Positions 46,296 to 57,008 are shown, counted from the stretch's first letter. The stretch is 64,000 nucleotides of DNA from Parcubacteria group bacterium Gr01-1014_3 (GCA_007376445.1 VMGF01000001.1:252203-316202), one strand, 5' to 3'. Numbers and translations are program-made. The notes: generated by a model from the letters alone, not told the origin.

Positions 46296-46987
46296 TGGCC
46301 GCTGAAAAATTCCCAAGACCTGAAAATTCCGAACATCGAGAATCGCTCGAGCATTTTTTCGCGGAAAGTTTAGCGCGCAAAATAAAAGCCGATGATGATG
46401 AGGCGACTCGGCTCGATAAATATCGAAGACAGGAATATGACCCGGAGGAAAAGGCTATGATTGATCAGCAGATCAAGGATGGTGTTTACACCAAAAAAAA
46501 CGCGCCGATTCCCGCGATTCCCGAAGAAAAGATCGAAAAAATCGAACACGCTAATGCTATCCGGGCTAAAATCCTGGAATCTTGGCCCGTTTTTATGAAA
46601 AAGATTGCCGAATGGAATCCGGAGATGGAGCTTGAGCCGACTATCGAAGACCTGGGTATGACGGCCACGGAATTTATAGACCAAGAAGTGGAAAGAGAGC
46701 CGGAGCAATGGACAATTTTCGCGATGGAGCTAGATGATTTGGCTAACCGTGTTCTCGATGACTTCCAGCAAGCGCCATCACCTGAGGGAGTTATGGAAAC
46801 GGCGCAGAAATTGTTCGTGATCAAGAAAGCTTTCAAAATCCTGGAAAAGACGGATTTTTATTCCAAGGAGGAAGGTGAAGATGAGGATGAAGATATTTGG
46901 CGCGAGACGGCCTCCGTACTGGTGAATAACTTTGAAGATACAATGGAAAGAGCCCGCAATCTTTCCGTTTTCGGCCGCGCGAAATAG
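46295..46987 (+). CDS. Acidic helical hypothetical protein
   Basis: Coupled to the tyrS stop (TAATG). Confidence 0.6.
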   Translation: MAAEKFPRPENSEHRESLEHFFAESLARKIKADDDEATRLDKYRRQEYDPEEKAMIDQQIKDGVYTKKNAPIPAIPEEKIEKIEHANAIRAKILESWPVFMKKIAEWNPEMELEPTIEDLGMTATEFIDQEVEREPEQWTIFAMELDDLANRVLDDFQQAPSPEGVMETAQKLFVIKKAFKILEKTDFYSKEEGEDEDEDIWRETASVLVNNFEDTMERARNLSVFGRAK

Positions 46988-47053
46988 CTGTTGTAGTCTC
47001 TAAAAAAGCTTTGTATAATGACTCCGACCTTAAACGGCCGGAGTTTTCTATAT

Positions 47054-49423
47054 ATGTCACCACAGAAGAAAAAAATCACAAGCAAAATAGTGAAAATATT
47101 GAAATTCGGCGGCTCATCCGTTGGTTCGGCTGAGCGGATTAAGAATGTATGTAGAATTATTTATAATTCTACCCTGAGCTTGTCGAAGGGCGCCCGAATC
47201 GCCGTGGTAGTTTCGGCAATGCAAGGAGTAACCGACAAGCTTTTGGCTTTAAAGATCAAAGAAGTAAAAGAAATTCATCAAAAAGCCGCCGCTGAGCTGA
47301 AAGTGCCTTTCCCGGCGTTCATTTTTCAAGAATTAGAAGCGGTGGAGAGCGGCGCCCGGATGCTTGGCGACTTCTCTCCGATGGTGATGGATCGGGTGGC
47401 GAGTTTCGGCGAGCGATTGTCGGCGGCCTTAGTGGCTTCCTATTTACATAAAAAACTACCGGCGGAAGCCTTGGACGCGCGCGAGGTGGTAAAAACCGAT
47501 AACAATTTTCAAAACGCGGCCGTGGATTTCCCGGCGACCAATCGTGCAATTCAGAATTATTTTAAAAAACATCCGGCAGTCCAGGTAATTACAGGATTTA
47601 TCGGTTCCACTAAAGATAATAAAACCACGACCCTCGGCCGCGGTGGTTCAGATTATTCCGCGGCGATCTTCGGCGCGGCGCTTGGCGTGGAAGCGATCGA
47701 GATTTGGACGGACGCCAACGGAATTTTGAGCGCCGATCCGCGAGTTGTCCCGGAGGCTAAGACTTTACCGGCTGTGAGCTATGAAGAAGCTTTTGAGATG
47801 GCGTACTTTGGCGCCAAGGTTATTCATCCGGCCACGATGGTGCCGGCGATTAAAAAAAGTATTCCGATCGTGATTAAAAATACTTTTAATCCGGCGCATT
47901 CCGGTACATTCATTGGAAATCGAAAATTGAAAATTGAAAATTCTGGTAGTCCCGCTAAGAACATTTCTTCACTTGATGGAATGGCTTTAATTACGGTGGG
48001 CGGTACGGATCTCGCTGGCGTGCCTGGTACGGCGGAGCGGGTTTTTCGCGCGGCAGCTAAAGAAAAAGCCAATATAGTCTTAATTGCCCAGGCTTCTTCC
48101 GAGCACACGATCTGCTTCGCGGTAAAGGAAACGGAAGCGGAACGAGCTATTCGCGGCTTGAAAGCGGAATTTGATCTCGAAATTGGCCGGGGGAAGATGT
48201 CGATAGAAGTTCGTAAGGGCCAGAGCGTAGTAGCGGTAGTCGGTGACGGAATGCGAGGCGTTCCAGGAATCTCCGGTAAAATTTTTGATGTATTGGGCAA
48301 AGAAAAAATTAACGTTAATGCTATCGCTCAGGGCGGCTCAGAGAAAAATATTTCATTAGTAGTTCAAGAAAGCGATAAGGCGGTGGCCGTGCAGGCAGTT
48401 CACCGGATTTTGTTTGAAAAATCATTAACACCGGCTATTTTCATTATCGGCGCCGGCAATGTTGGCGGGGAGCTTCTTAGACAGCTTAATGAAAGAATCA
48501 AGAATCAGGAATTAAGAATCAGGATTTGTGGAATTGCCGATTCAAATAAAATGCACCTTGAGGAAGGCGGCATTGATTTAAAAAATTGGAAAAAACCGCT
48601 GGCCGCATCCGCAACCAAAATGAACCTGGATAATTTCTTAAAGGAGGTTCAAAAAAACAGGTCGGATAAGAAAGTTTTAGTGGATTGCACGGCGAGCGAA
48701 CCGATCGCGAAAAGATATTCTGAATTCGTGGCGGCGGGGTGCGATATCGTGACTCCGAATAAAAAGGCCAACGTGCTCCCGATGGCGAAATATACTGCTT
48801 TCCGGAAAGTTTTGGAAAAATATGGAAAAACTTTCCATTATCAGGCCAATGTCGGCGCCGGGTTGCCGGTTTTGGACTCGGTAAAAGGTTTAGTATCGGT
48901 GGGCGATAGCATAAAAAAGATCGAGGGAATTTTCTCTGGTACCTTGAGCTACCTTTTTAATAATTTCGATGGTAAGAAAAAATTCAGCGAACTGGTTTTG
49001 GATGCGAAAGCGAAAGGCTATACCGAGCCGGATCCGAAAGAGGACCTGAGTGGGCAGGATGTTGGTAGGAAACTTCTGATCCTGGCGAGAGCTACTGGCC
49101 TACCGGCTGAACTTTCGGAGGTGGTTTTAGAAAATCTGGCTGAATATAATGATCAGCAGATGGCGAATAAGCTGAAAAAGGCTAAGGCCAAGAAGTGCGT
49201 CCTACGATATGTTGGTTCTGTACAAGGTGGTCGGTTATCCGCTAAATTAAAGGAGATTCCGCTAGATAACCCATTAGCCCATGTAAGCGGAGCCGATAAT
49301 ATAGTCGCAATCTATAGCGGGTACTATAAAAATCAGCCGTTGGTCATAAAAGGGCCTGGCGCCGGAGCAGAAGTGACCGCTGCGGCCGTGTTGAGGGGTA
49401 TTATAAGAGCAATTCAAAATTAA
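47054..49423 (+). CDS. thrA: Bifunctional aspartokinase/homoserine dehydrogenase
   Basis: KFGGSSV, TLGRGGSDYSA, ACT domains, GAGNVG, VGAGLPV, GYTEPDP, GPGAG. Start uncertain (47018/47054/47090). Confidence 0.93.
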   Translation: MSPQKKKITSKIVKILKFGGSSVGSAERIKNVCRIIYNSTLSLSKGARIAVVVSAMQGVTDKLLALKIKEVKEIHQKAAAELKVPFPAFIFQELEAVESGARMLGDFSPMVMDRVASFGERLSAALVASYLHKKLPAEALDAREVVKTDNNFQNAAVDFPATNRAIQNYFKKHPAVQVITGFIGSTKDNKTTTLGRGGSDYSAAIFGAALGVEAIEIWTDANGILSADPRVVPEAKTLPAVSYEEAFEMAYFGAKVIHPATMVPAIKKSIPIVIKNTFNPAHSGTFIGNRKLKIENSGSPAKNISSLDGMALITVGGTDLAGVPGTAERVFRAAAKEKANIVLIAQASSEHTICFAVKETEAERAIRGLKAEFDLEIGRGKMSIEVRKGQSVVAVVGDGMRGVPGISGKIFDVLGKEKINVNAIAQGGSEKNISLVVQESDKAVAVQAVHRILFEKSLTPAIFIIGAGNVGGELLRQLNERIKNQELRIRICGIADSNKMHLEEGGIDLKNWKKPLAASATKMNLDNFLKEVQKNRSDKKVLVDCTASEPIAKRYSEFVAAGCDIVTPNKKANVLPMAKYTAFRKVLEKYGKTFHYQANVGAGLPVLDSVKGLVSVGDSIKKIEGIFSGTLSYLFNNFDGKKKFSELVLDAKAKGYTEPDPKEDLSGQDVGRKLLILARATGLPAELSEVVLENLAEYNDQQMANKLKKAKAKKCVLRYVGSVQGGRLSAKLKEIPLDNPLAHVSGADNIVAIYSGYYKNQPLVIKGPGAGAEVTAAAVLRGIIRAIQN

Positions 49424-49639
49424 ATGACCATAGAAAAACCAAAATCTCCAGAATCGGAATTTCCAAAATATGAAAACCTTTCCGAGTTACAAAAAGAAAT
49501 GTTAAAAGGCCAATTTGGCATTGAAGACGCGGAAACTTATGATTTCGCTATGGATGCTAGTATCACCAAAGGAGAAAATCCTTTCACACCAGAGGAAGTC
49601 CGAGAATGTCTAAAACAGGCCATGGAGGGAGAACAATAA
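49424..49639 (+). CDS. Small acidic hypothetical protein
   Basis: Abuts the thrA stop; inside the operon. Confidence 0.55.
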   Translation: MTIEKPKSPESEFPKYENLSELQKEMLKGQFGIEDAETYDFAMDASITKGENPFTPEEVRECLKQAMEGEQ

Positions 49640-49643
49640 AAAT

Positions 49644-50042
49644 ATGAAATTAGAAACCAAAACACCGAAGATCGAGAGAAAGCCTTTAACCAAGGAGCAG
49701 AAAGAGATATTAAGCGATATCGGCTTTCGAGGCCTTAGCGCGCTGGAAAAATTCGTTAAGGAATATCCAGACTGGGAAGGCACGAAATATTTTAACGTAG
49801 TGTTGGAAGAATTGTGGGAGGAAGAGGGCTATGAAGGGCCAAGCTCCGAGGGCATTGGTTCTGTATCGCCAATTACCGAAAAAGAAGCGGATGAATTACT
49901 GGAAGCTGTTCGCGCAAAAGAAGAGGAGCCAGAAGAGGGTCTGCCCTTAACTAAGGAGGAAGCGCCCTGGGTTTTTGAAAAAGAAAAGGAAAAGAACGCC
50001 ATCCAAAAAGTCTGGGCAGACATCAAGAAATTATTTGAATAA
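49644..50042 (+). CDS. Acidic hypothetical protein
   Basis: Coupled to asd (TAATG). Confidence 0.55.
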   Translation: MKLETKTPKIERKPLTKEQKEILSDIGFRGLSALEKFVKEYPDWEGTKYFNVVLEELWEEEGYEGPSSEGIGSVSPITEKEADELLEAVRAKEEEPEEGLPLTKEEAPWVFEKEKEKNAIQKVWADIKKLFE

Positions 50043-51124
50043 TGGATAAAGAGAAATCGTTTAAAAAACTGAAGGTTGGAATTCTTGGCGCGACCGGCAC
50101 GGTCGGGCAGAAGTTTATCGTGTTATTACAAAATCATCCGTGGTTTGAGATTTCCGCGCTGGCCGCCTCCAAAGAATCCGCAGGAAAAACCTACGAAGAG
50201 GCCGTTAAGGGCCGCTGGAAGCAGGAGGTGGATATTCCGGAATCAATCCGCGGCATTGTAATCCAGGACGCTTCTAAGCCGAATCTGAAATGTGATTTTG
50301 TGTTTTCTGGTCTTGACGCCGGAGTGGCAGGGGAGATCGAGAAAGCTTTTGCCGCCGCCGGTTATGGCGTGATTTCCAACACGAAAAATTATCGCACCGA
50401 GCAGGATGTGCCGCTGATGGTGCCGGAAGTTAATCCCGATCACGCTTCAATCATTCCTTTCCAACAAAAACGCCGTAAGTGGACAGGTTTTATCGTGACC
50501 AATCCGAATTGCGTGGTGGTGCCACTCGTGATGGCGTTAAAACCAGTGATGGATAAGTTCGGTGTCAGTAAAATTATGCTGACTTCGATGCAGGCCATTT
50601 CTGGCGCTGGTTATCCGGGCGTGCCATCGCTAGATATTTTAGATAATGTGATTCCGATGATCGGCGGCGAGGAGCCGAAAGTAGAATGGGAACCACTCAA
50701 ACTTCTTGGTGACGTAAAAAAAGACGGATTCAAATTGGCCAATATCAAAATTTCCGCGCAGTGCAACCGGGTGCCTACCAAAGATGGCCATTTTTTGACG
50801 GTGGCTTTCAGCACGCGTAAACCGGCGAAAGTGGGGGAGATCAAGCGTTTAATTAAAAACTTCAAAGGCGAGCCGCAGAAAATGAAGCTACCTAGCGCGC
50901 CGCAAAAACCGCTTTTTTATCATGAAGATGAATATCGTCCGCAAACTAGACTAGATCGGGATCGGGAAGGCGGCATGTCAGTTTCCGTCGGTCGTTTGCG
51001 AGAAGACGCGGTGCTCGATTTCAAAATGGTGGTCTTGGGCCACAACACTATCCGCGGCGCCGCCGGCGCGGCAATCTTAAACGCGGAGCTTCTACACAAG
51101 AAGGGTTATTTAAAAGCCCGTTAA
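50042..51124 (+). CDS. asd: Aspartate-semialdehyde dehydrogenase (archaeal/fungal-like type)
   Basis: GATGTVGQ, PEVN, NPNC, QAISGAGYPG, CNRVP..GH, HNTIRGAAG. Confidence 0.93.
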   Translation: MDKEKSFKKLKVGILGATGTVGQKFIVLLQNHPWFEISALAASKESAGKTYEEAVKGRWKQEVDIPESIRGIVIQDASKPNLKCDFVFSGLDAGVAGEIEKAFAAAGYGVISNTKNYRTEQDVPLMVPEVNPDHASIIPFQQKRRKWTGFIVTNPNCVVVPLVMALKPVMDKFGVSKIMLTSMQAISGAGYPGVPSLDILDNVIPMIGGEEPKVEWEPLKLLGDVKKDGFKLANIKISAQCNRVPTKDGHFLTVAFSTRKPAKVGEIKRLIKNFKGEPQKMKLPSAPQKPLFYHEDEYRPQTRLDRDREGGMSVSVGRLREDAVLDFKMVVLGHNTIRGAAGAAILNAELLHKKGYLKAR

Positions 51125-51128
51125 ATTT

Positions 51129-51623
51129 ATGCGCGGCATTACTCTAATCGGCATGCCGGGGGCGGGGAAGTCTACGATCGGAAAACAGCTCGCCAAAAAG
51201 CTGGATTATTATTTTTTGGATTTGGATGTTCTCATCAAAGAAAAAGAGGGCCAGACGCACGCGGCGATCGCCAAGGCCAAGGGCGATACCGAACTCCTTC
51301 GCCTGGAAGAGGAGTACGCGCTTGGACTGACTTTAGATAAAACGGTTTTTTCTCCTGGTGGGAGTATCGTTTATTCAGAGCCTGCGATGGACAAGCTTAG
51401 AAAAGAAACGGAAATTTTTTATTTAGAATTACCTTTCACGGAAATTCAACGACGACTTGGCCGCGGCGCCAAGGATAGGGGAATAATCGGTCTCGCAGAA
51501 AAAGGACTTCGCGGCCTTTATGATGAGCGCTCCATTTTATACAAGAAATTCGCGGATCATATTATAAATTGCCACAGAGTTTCGGATGAAGAAGTGGTTA
51601 AAGAAATAAATGCTTTTTTATAG
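51129..51623 (+). CDS. Shikimate-kinase-fold kinase, probable alternative homoserine kinase
   Basis: GMPGAGKS, DLD, PGGSIVY, R..LY; located between asd and thrC. Confidence 0.75.
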   Translation: MRGITLIGMPGAGKSTIGKQLAKKLDYYFLDLDVLIKEKEGQTHAAIAKAKGDTELLRLEEEYALGLTLDKTVFSPGGSIVYSEPAMDKLRKETEIFYLELPFTEIQRRLGRGAKDRGIIGLAEKGLRGLYDERSILYKKFADHIINCHRVSDEEVVKEINAFL

Positions 51624-52881
51624 CACCAACGGAAAATCCAAGCCGGTGGATTTTAAAACCGCGCTTTTACGTGGTTTGGCGGAGGACGGGGGACTCTACA
51701 TGCCCAACGAGTTGGGCAATTTTCAATTTTCAATTTCTAATTTTCAATTTTGGAAGATTTTAAAAAACTTTATAGATATTCCAGAAAAGGATTTAGAAAA
51801 AATCTGCGCGGAAGCATTTAATTTTCCGGTGCCGCTAGTGCGAATAAGCAAAGATATACATGTCTTGGAGCTGTTTCACGGCCGAACACTTTCCTTCAAA
51901 GATTTCGGCGCGCGATTTATGGCGCGAGTGATGGATTATTACATGAGAATAAAGAATCAAGAATTAGGAATTAAGGAAAAATTAAATATTGTTGTCGCAA
52001 CCTCGGGCGACACAGGGAGCGCCGTGGCCAACGGATTTTATGGTTTATCCAACATCAAAGTCTTTGTTTTGTATCCGAGCAAACGGGTGAGTGAGCTGCA
52101 GGAAAAACAGATGACGACTTTAGGAAAAAATATCGTAGCCTTGGAGGTACAGGGTGACTTTGATGATTGTCAGCGTCTCGCCAAGCAAGCCTTGGCCGAT
52201 TCGAATCTGAGAAAAGAGAAAAATCTTTCTTCGGCGAACTCTATAAATATTGGCCGACTTTTACCGCAGATGTTTTATTACTTTGAAGGCGTAAAACAAC
52301 TTGGTAAACAGGCGGTGTTCGTGGTGCCAAGCGGGAATTTCGGCAATCTGACTGCCGGTTTGTTTGCCAAAAATTTAGGTTTGCCGATTGAGCGGTTTAT
52401 CGCGGCCGTTAATATCAATTCCGCTATCCCCCGTTTTTTGGAGTCTGGCAAAATGGAAATTCGCAAAACACGTTTAACGCTCTCTAACGCGATGGACGTC
52501 GGAAGCCCCAGCAACTGGGCTCGGATTGCCGATTTATATGAGGGAAATCGGGAAAAAATTCAGAAAGATATTTCGGCAGTTACGATCAGCGAAGAAGAGA
52601 CGCATGAAACAATTAAAAAGGTTTACCAGGAGTTTGGCTATATAGCCGATCCGCACACGGCCGTTGGTTTGGCGGCGGCGATGAAAGATACAAGCCGATC
52701 TCCAAAAATAGTCTTAGCGACCGCTCACCCGGCTAAATTCAAAGAGACCGTGGAAGAAGCAATTGGAAGCAAAATCAGTTTGCCACCCGCCTTATCTAAA
52801 CTACGTGGAAAAACTAAAAAAAGCATAGTAATCGGTAAAAACTATTCGGAATTATACTTACAACTTACGACTAATAACTAA
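51610..52881 (+). CDS. thrC: Threonine synthase
   Basis: GLAEDGGLY, FHG.TLSFKDFG, ATSGDTG, SANSIN, PSGNFGN, TAHPAKF. Confidence 0.94.
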   Translation: MLFYSTNGKSKPVDFKTALLRGLAEDGGLYMPNELGNFQFSISNFQFWKILKNFIDIPEKDLEKICAEAFNFPVPLVRISKDIHVLELFHGRTLSFKDFGARFMARVMDYYMRIKNQELGIKEKLNIVVATSGDTGSAVANGFYGLSNIKVFVLYPSKRVSELQEKQMTTLGKNIVALEVQGDFDDCQRLAKQALADSNLRKEKNLSSANSINIGRLLPQMFYYFEGVKQLGKQAVFVVPSGNFGNLTAGLFAKNLGLPIERFIAAVNINSAIPRFLESGKMEIRKTRLTLSNAMDVGSPSNWARIADLYEGNREKIQKDISAVTISEEETHETIKKVYQEFGYIADPHTAVGLAAAMKDTSRSPKIVLATAHPAKFKETVEEAIGSKISLPPALSKLRGKTKKSIVIGKNYSELYLQLTTNN

Positions 52882-52885
52882 TAAC

Positions 52886-53314
52886 TTATATTCCGGTACT
52901 GCCAAAACCACCTCGGCTTTCGCCTTCAAGATTTTCTACCTCTTCCCATTCGATCTTTTCATAGGGACGGAAAATTATTTGCGCGATCCGGTCGCCGCGT
53001 TCGATCGTGACCGGTTTATCGGTGAAGTTATAAATTGCCGCGCGGTACTCATCTTTATTGCCGGAAAAATCCTCGTCACCGATGCCGATGCCGTTAGCCA
53101 ACATAAGTCCTTTTTTGGGAAGCGAGCTTCTTGCAGCGAGCATCACGTAGTGATTTTTCGGAGGTTTAATACAGATGTTTAACGGAACTAGCGTAAGCTT
53201 GCCCGGTTCAGCGATAGTTGTTTCGCGCGCCGCGCAATCCAAAGCGGCAGCCCCAGGAGTTTTATATTCCGGAAGCGGAAGAGATTTATCGATACGCTTG
53301 ATTTTCGCTTTCAT
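52886..53314 (-). CDS. dut: dUTP diphosphatase
   Basis: AALD, ARSS, GDRIAQ, RGGFGSTG. Confidence 0.9.
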   Translation of the reverse strand: MKAKIKRIDKSLPLPEYKTPGAAALDCAARETTIAEPGKLTLVPLNICIKPPKNHYVMLAARSSLPKKGLMLANGIGIGDEDFSGNKDEYRAAIYNFTDKPVTIERGDRIAQIIFRPYEKIEWEEVENLEGESRGGFGSTGI

Positions 53315-53369
53315 TCCTTTAATATTAACCAAGACGTAGATCCTTTACAATTAAATAAGGGAGCAATCT

Positions 53370-54020
53370 ATGAAGGGCAATCGCGGAATTTTCATAGTTT
53401 TTGAAGGTGGTGAAGGCAGTGGCAAGAGCACCCAGGCCAAGCTTTTGTATGAAGAACTGGTAAGTAAAGGCTGGCCTATGTTTCTCACGAAAGAACCGGG
53501 CGGTGATGATGGAGTCTGTAAGGATATCCGGACGGTACTCCTGAACCCAAAATATAAGGGTTCGATGGATCCGAAGACCGAGTTGATGCTTTTTGCGGCT
53601 GATCGCGCCCAGCATGTTGGGCAGGTTTTGGAGCCGGAGATCAAAAATGGGAAGTTGGTGATTTGTGATCGATATGAAGGCTCGACCTTTGCTTATCAGT
53701 GCGCCGCGCGCGGATTTTCGATCCAGGCGTTTGAAATGCTTAATCAATACGCGACCGGTGGATTGAAACCAAATTTTATTTTTTGGCTGGACATTGATCC
53801 TGAGATTGGCTTGAAGCGGAATGTCGAGGTTAGTAAACGGGATCGGTTTGAGATGGAGGATGTGTCGTTCCACAAAAATGTGCGGGTCGGCTATGAGGAA
53901 TATTTCAAGAACATGGAACCGAGAAAATACCTAAAGCTGGACGCGTCGAGACCGATCGATGAACTTCATAAAGAAATTGTTTTGAAGGTCGTTTATATGA
54001 TCAGAAGCGGCCTTTATTAA
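53370..54020 (+). CDS. tmk: Thymidylate kinase
   Basis: FEGGEGSGKST, EPGG, DRAQH, CDRY, DRFE. Confidence 0.94.
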   Translation: MKGNRGIFIVFEGGEGSGKSTQAKLLYEELVSKGWPMFLTKEPGGDDGVCKDIRTVLLNPKYKGSMDPKTELMLFAADRAQHVGQVLEPEIKNGKLVICDRYEGSTFAYQCAARGFSIQAFEMLNQYATGGLKPNFIFWLDIDPEIGLKRNVEVSKRDRFEMEDVSFHKNVRVGYEEYFKNMEPRKYLKLDASRPIDELHKEIVLKVVYMIRSGLY

Positions 54021-54091
54021 ACCCCCAATTGGGGGTTTTCTTTTTATCATATTTACGATAGAATTCGTTCAGCAATTTGAAAGGAGCCGAT

Positions 54092-54583
54092 ATGGCCGTG
54101 GAAGACCTGATGCGTTTGTTGACGGAAGATCAGATTGAATATTTCATGGGCCTAGCCATTCAAGAGGCAGAAAAAGGATTGGCGGAGGGCGGAATTCCAA
54201 TCGGTTCGGTTTTGGCCGAAGCGAGCGATGGACGTTGTTGGCATACTTACGCGGGTCACAATCAGCGAGTTCAGAAGAGCGATCCAATCCTTCACGCGGA
54301 GATGGACTGCCTCAAGAACGCCGGACGACTCCGCTCGGATGTTTACCAGGAGTCGGTACTCTTCTCGACGCTTTCGCCTTGCGATATGTGCAGCGGCGCG
54401 GTCTTGCTTTATAAAATTCCGATCGTGGTGATCGGCGAGAACGAGACTTTCAGGGGCCCCGAAGCCTACCTTATGTCTATGGGCGTTAAGCTGATCCGCA
54501 TGAATGATTCTCGTTGCATCAAGCTAATGCGGGACTTTATCAAAAAGAATCCCAAGCTTTGGAATGAGGATATAGGAGTTTAG
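54092..54583 (+). CDS. Cytosine/nucleoside deaminase (Fcy1-like)
   Basis: EGGIPIGS, HAE, PCDMC, WNEDIG. Confidence 0.85.
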   Translation: MAVEDLMRLLTEDQIEYFMGLAIQEAEKGLAEGGIPIGSVLAEASDGRCWHTYAGHNQRVQKSDPILHAEMDCLKNAGRLRSDVYQESVLFSTLSPCDMCSGAVLLYKIPIVVIGENETFRGPEAYLMSMGVKLIRMNDSRCIKLMRDFIKKNPKLWNEDIGV

Positions 54584-54584
54584 T

Positions 54585-54749
54585 ATGGGTAGCAAAAGAA
54601 AGAAGAGACAGAGGATCTTTATTTCCACTCCATATCCCGACCCGAAAGCAACGGCAAAGATGTTTGGACTTTCTAAGAGAGAAGTTCAGCGGGTGGAAAA
54701 AATAGTAGAGAAGGTGACGGGAAATAAAAAGAAATCTAAACGGCGATAA
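54585..54749 (+). CDS. Small basic 54-aa protein (below the ORF-track cutoff)
   Basis: SD aggag; MGSKRKKRQRIFISTPYPDPKATAKMFGLSKREVQRVEK... Confidence 0.5.
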   Translation: MGSKRKKRQRIFISTPYPDPKATAKMFGLSKREVQRVEKIVEKVTGNKKKSKRR

Positions 54750-54866
54750 GCCGTTTTTTTAATTTTGATATTAGCGAAGTCTAACTTCGCTAAAAATTAT
54801 ATTTATATAGATAAAAGCCAAGTCAGACTTGGCCCTCGCAAACTCGTGAACCGAGTTTGACTCGGG

Positions 54867-54938
54867 AGCGGGTAACGGGAGTCGAACCCGTATCTAAACC
54901 TTGGCAAGGTTTTATAATAGCCGCTATACGATACCCGC
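54867..54938 (-). tRNA. tRNA-Gly(GCC)
   Basis: Cloverleaf; AAACC-TT-GCC-AA-GGTTT; U73 discriminator. Confidence 0.92.
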
Positions 54939-54948
54939 AATATTAACT

Positions 54949-55032
54949 TTAGAAGAAATAACCGGCGACAAGACCCACGATAACGATTACCGCAAAGGTT
55001 ATTTGAAGAGCCTTTTTAGCCTTGGTCATCAT
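54949..55032 (-). CDS. 27-aa single-TM peptide
   Basis: MMTKAKKALQITFAVIVIVGLVAGYFF: basic N-terminus plus a hydrophobic helix. Confidence 0.4.
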   Translation of the reverse strand: MMTKAKKALQITFAVIVIVGLVAGYFF

Positions 55033-55079
55033 TGCGTGTCTTGCTGAATATCATATAAAATAATATGATATAGCGCAAG

Positions 55080-56915
55080 ATGAAAAAGCTCTCTTCTAAC
55101 ATCGTTTGGGCGGTCGCGACTCTCTTTATTTTGACGGTCGTTTTTTCTTTTTTGATCCAATCTGGCCCGGAGCCCGTGGCGCTAACCATCAATCAGCTGG
55201 TTGAAAAGGTGAATAATGGCGATGTGGCGAAGATCATGATTAGCGGTCAGGACATCGAGGTTACCCTCAAGGATAAAACTACCTCTACGCTGAAAAAGGA
55301 AAGCGAAGCGCCACTCACCGACACTCTGAAGAACTTGGGGGTAGATACCTTTGAACTTCAAAAAGTGGCCCTGGAGGTGAAGGATGAATCGGGAGTCAGA
55401 TTTTGGTTGGGAGTTCTGGTTCCAACCTTGCTTCCATTGATAGTTATCGTGGCAATCTTCTGGTTCGTGTTCCGCCAAGCCAAAGGCGGTGCTTCTCAGG
55501 CCTTTACCTTCGGCAAAGCGAATATCCGGTTATTCACTCCATTTAAAGACCGGGTCACTTTCAAGGATGTCGCCGGTTTGAAAGAAGCCAAGCGAGAACT
55601 TGAAGAAGTAGTCGACTTTTTAAAAAATCCGAAAAAGTATTTAGCGATCGGCGCCAGGATTCCACGCGGCGTTTTGTTGATGGGATCTCCGGGTACAGGA
55701 AAAACTTTATTGGCGAGAGCGGTGGCGGGCGAAGCTGGTGTGCCGTTCTTCCACATTTCCGCTTCTGAATTCGTGGAAATGTTTGTGGGTGTGGGCGCGT
55801 CTAGAACTCGGGACGCGTTTACGACCGCTAAAAAAGCGGCTCCGGCAATTTTGTTTATTGATGAGATTGACGCGGTTGGCCGCGAGCGCGGCACCGGTGT
55901 TGGAGGTGGTCATGACGAGCGGGAACAGACTCTTAACCAGATATTAGTAGAAATGGATGGTTTCGAGCGGGACGCTCGTTTAATCGTGTTGGCGGCCACG
56001 AATCGGCCAGATGTTTTGGACGCGGCTTTGTTAAGGCCGGGACGTTTTGACCGCCGGGTAATGTTGGATTTGCCGGACAAAAAAGATCGTGAAGCAATTT
56101 TGAAAATTCACGCTCGAGGCAAGGCCTTCGAGAAAGATATCGATCTTGCTAAGGCGGCGACCCGCACCCCGGGATTTTCTGGCGCTGACTTGGCTAATCT
56201 TTTGAACGAAGCGGCGATTTTAGCAGCCAGCAAAAACCAGGCCACGATCTTACAGGAAGATGTTTTAAATTCCGTTGAAAAAGTTTTGCTGGGTCCGGCG
56301 CGTCTGGGTCGCGTCATTTCCGACAAAGAGCGCGCGGTGACGGCATATCATGAAGCCGGTCACGCCTTGGTTACCGCCAGCTTGAAAGACACCGATCCGG
56401 TACATAAAGTCTCTATCGTCAGCCGTGGCCGAGCTGGTGGATATACTTTGAAACTCCCATCAGATGAGCAGAGATTAAAAACTCGCACTCAATTTATTTC
56501 CGAGTTGGCCGCGATGCTAGGTGGTTTCGTGTCGGAACAGGAGACTTTTGGCGATGTTACCACTGGCGCGTCAAATGATCTTAAGGAAGCCTCGAATTTG
56601 GCCCGTAGCCTAGTGGTTAAATATGGCATGAGCGAAAAGCTGGGCCCGATGACCTTTGGAAATACCCAGGAACTGATTTTCTTGGGCAGGGAAATTTCCC
56701 ATGAGCGTAATTATTCTGAGCAAGTTGCTTCGGAGATCGATAGAGAAGTTAGCGCGTTTATTCAAAGAGCTCACCTGATCGCGAAAAAGATAATTACAAC
56801 TCGCGCTAAGACCCTGAAGGTGATTGCCGACGCTTTATTGGAGAAAGAAAATTTAGAACAAGAAGAGTTTGACGAAATTATGAAAAAATCCGGCTTGAAG
56901 CCGATGGCGATTTAA
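55080..56915 (+). CDS. ftsH: ATP-dependent zinc metalloprotease FtsH
   Basis: Two TM helices, [25 protein letters not shown]. Confidence 0.97.
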   Translation: MKKLSSNIVWAVATLFILTVVFSFLIQSGPEPVALTINQLVEKVNNGDVAKIMISGQDIEVTLKDKTTSTLKKESEAPLTDTLKNLGVDTFELQKVALEVKDESGVRFWLGVLVPTLLPLIVIVAIFWFVFRQAKGGASQAFTFGKANIRLFTPFKDRVTFKDVAGLKEAKRELEEVVDFLKNPKKYLAIGARIPRGVLLMGSPGTGKTLLARAVAGEAGVPFFHISASEFVEMFVGVGASRTRDAFTTAKKAAPAILFIDEIDAVGRERGTGVGGGHDEREQTLNQILVEMDGFERDARLIVLAATNRPDVLDAALLRPGRFDRRVMLDLPDKKDREAILKIHARGKAFEKDIDLAKAATRTPGFSGADLANLLNEAAILAASKNQATILQEDVLNSVEKVLLGPARLGRVISDKERAVTAYHEAGHALVTASLKDTDPVHKVSIVSRGRAGGYTLKLPSDEQRLKTRTQFISELAAMLGGFVSEQETFGDVTTGASNDLKEASNLARSLVVKYGMSEKLGPMTFGNTQELIFLGREISHERNYSEQVASEIDREVSAFIQRAHLIAKKIITTRAKTLKVIADALLEKENLEQEEFDEIMKKSGLKPMAI

Positions 56916-56920
56916 TATGA

Positions 56921-56960
56921 AACCCCGCCCTTTCTAAGACTTCAAAGAAAGGGCGGGGTT
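56921..56960 (+). terminator. Intrinsic terminator (near-identical to 61169-61207)
   Basis: aaccccgccctttct...agaaagggcggggtt. Confidence 0.75.
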
Positions 56961-57008
56961 TTTAGTTTTTGGGGTTCCTGTGCTATAATTTCGGCAAACA
57001 GAGGATAC

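Noticed and set aside
53325-53873. 182-aa minus ORF over tmk (likewise 20306-21004 over glnA and 63479-63991 over valS)
   Set aside because: Antisense to well-supported conserved genes.
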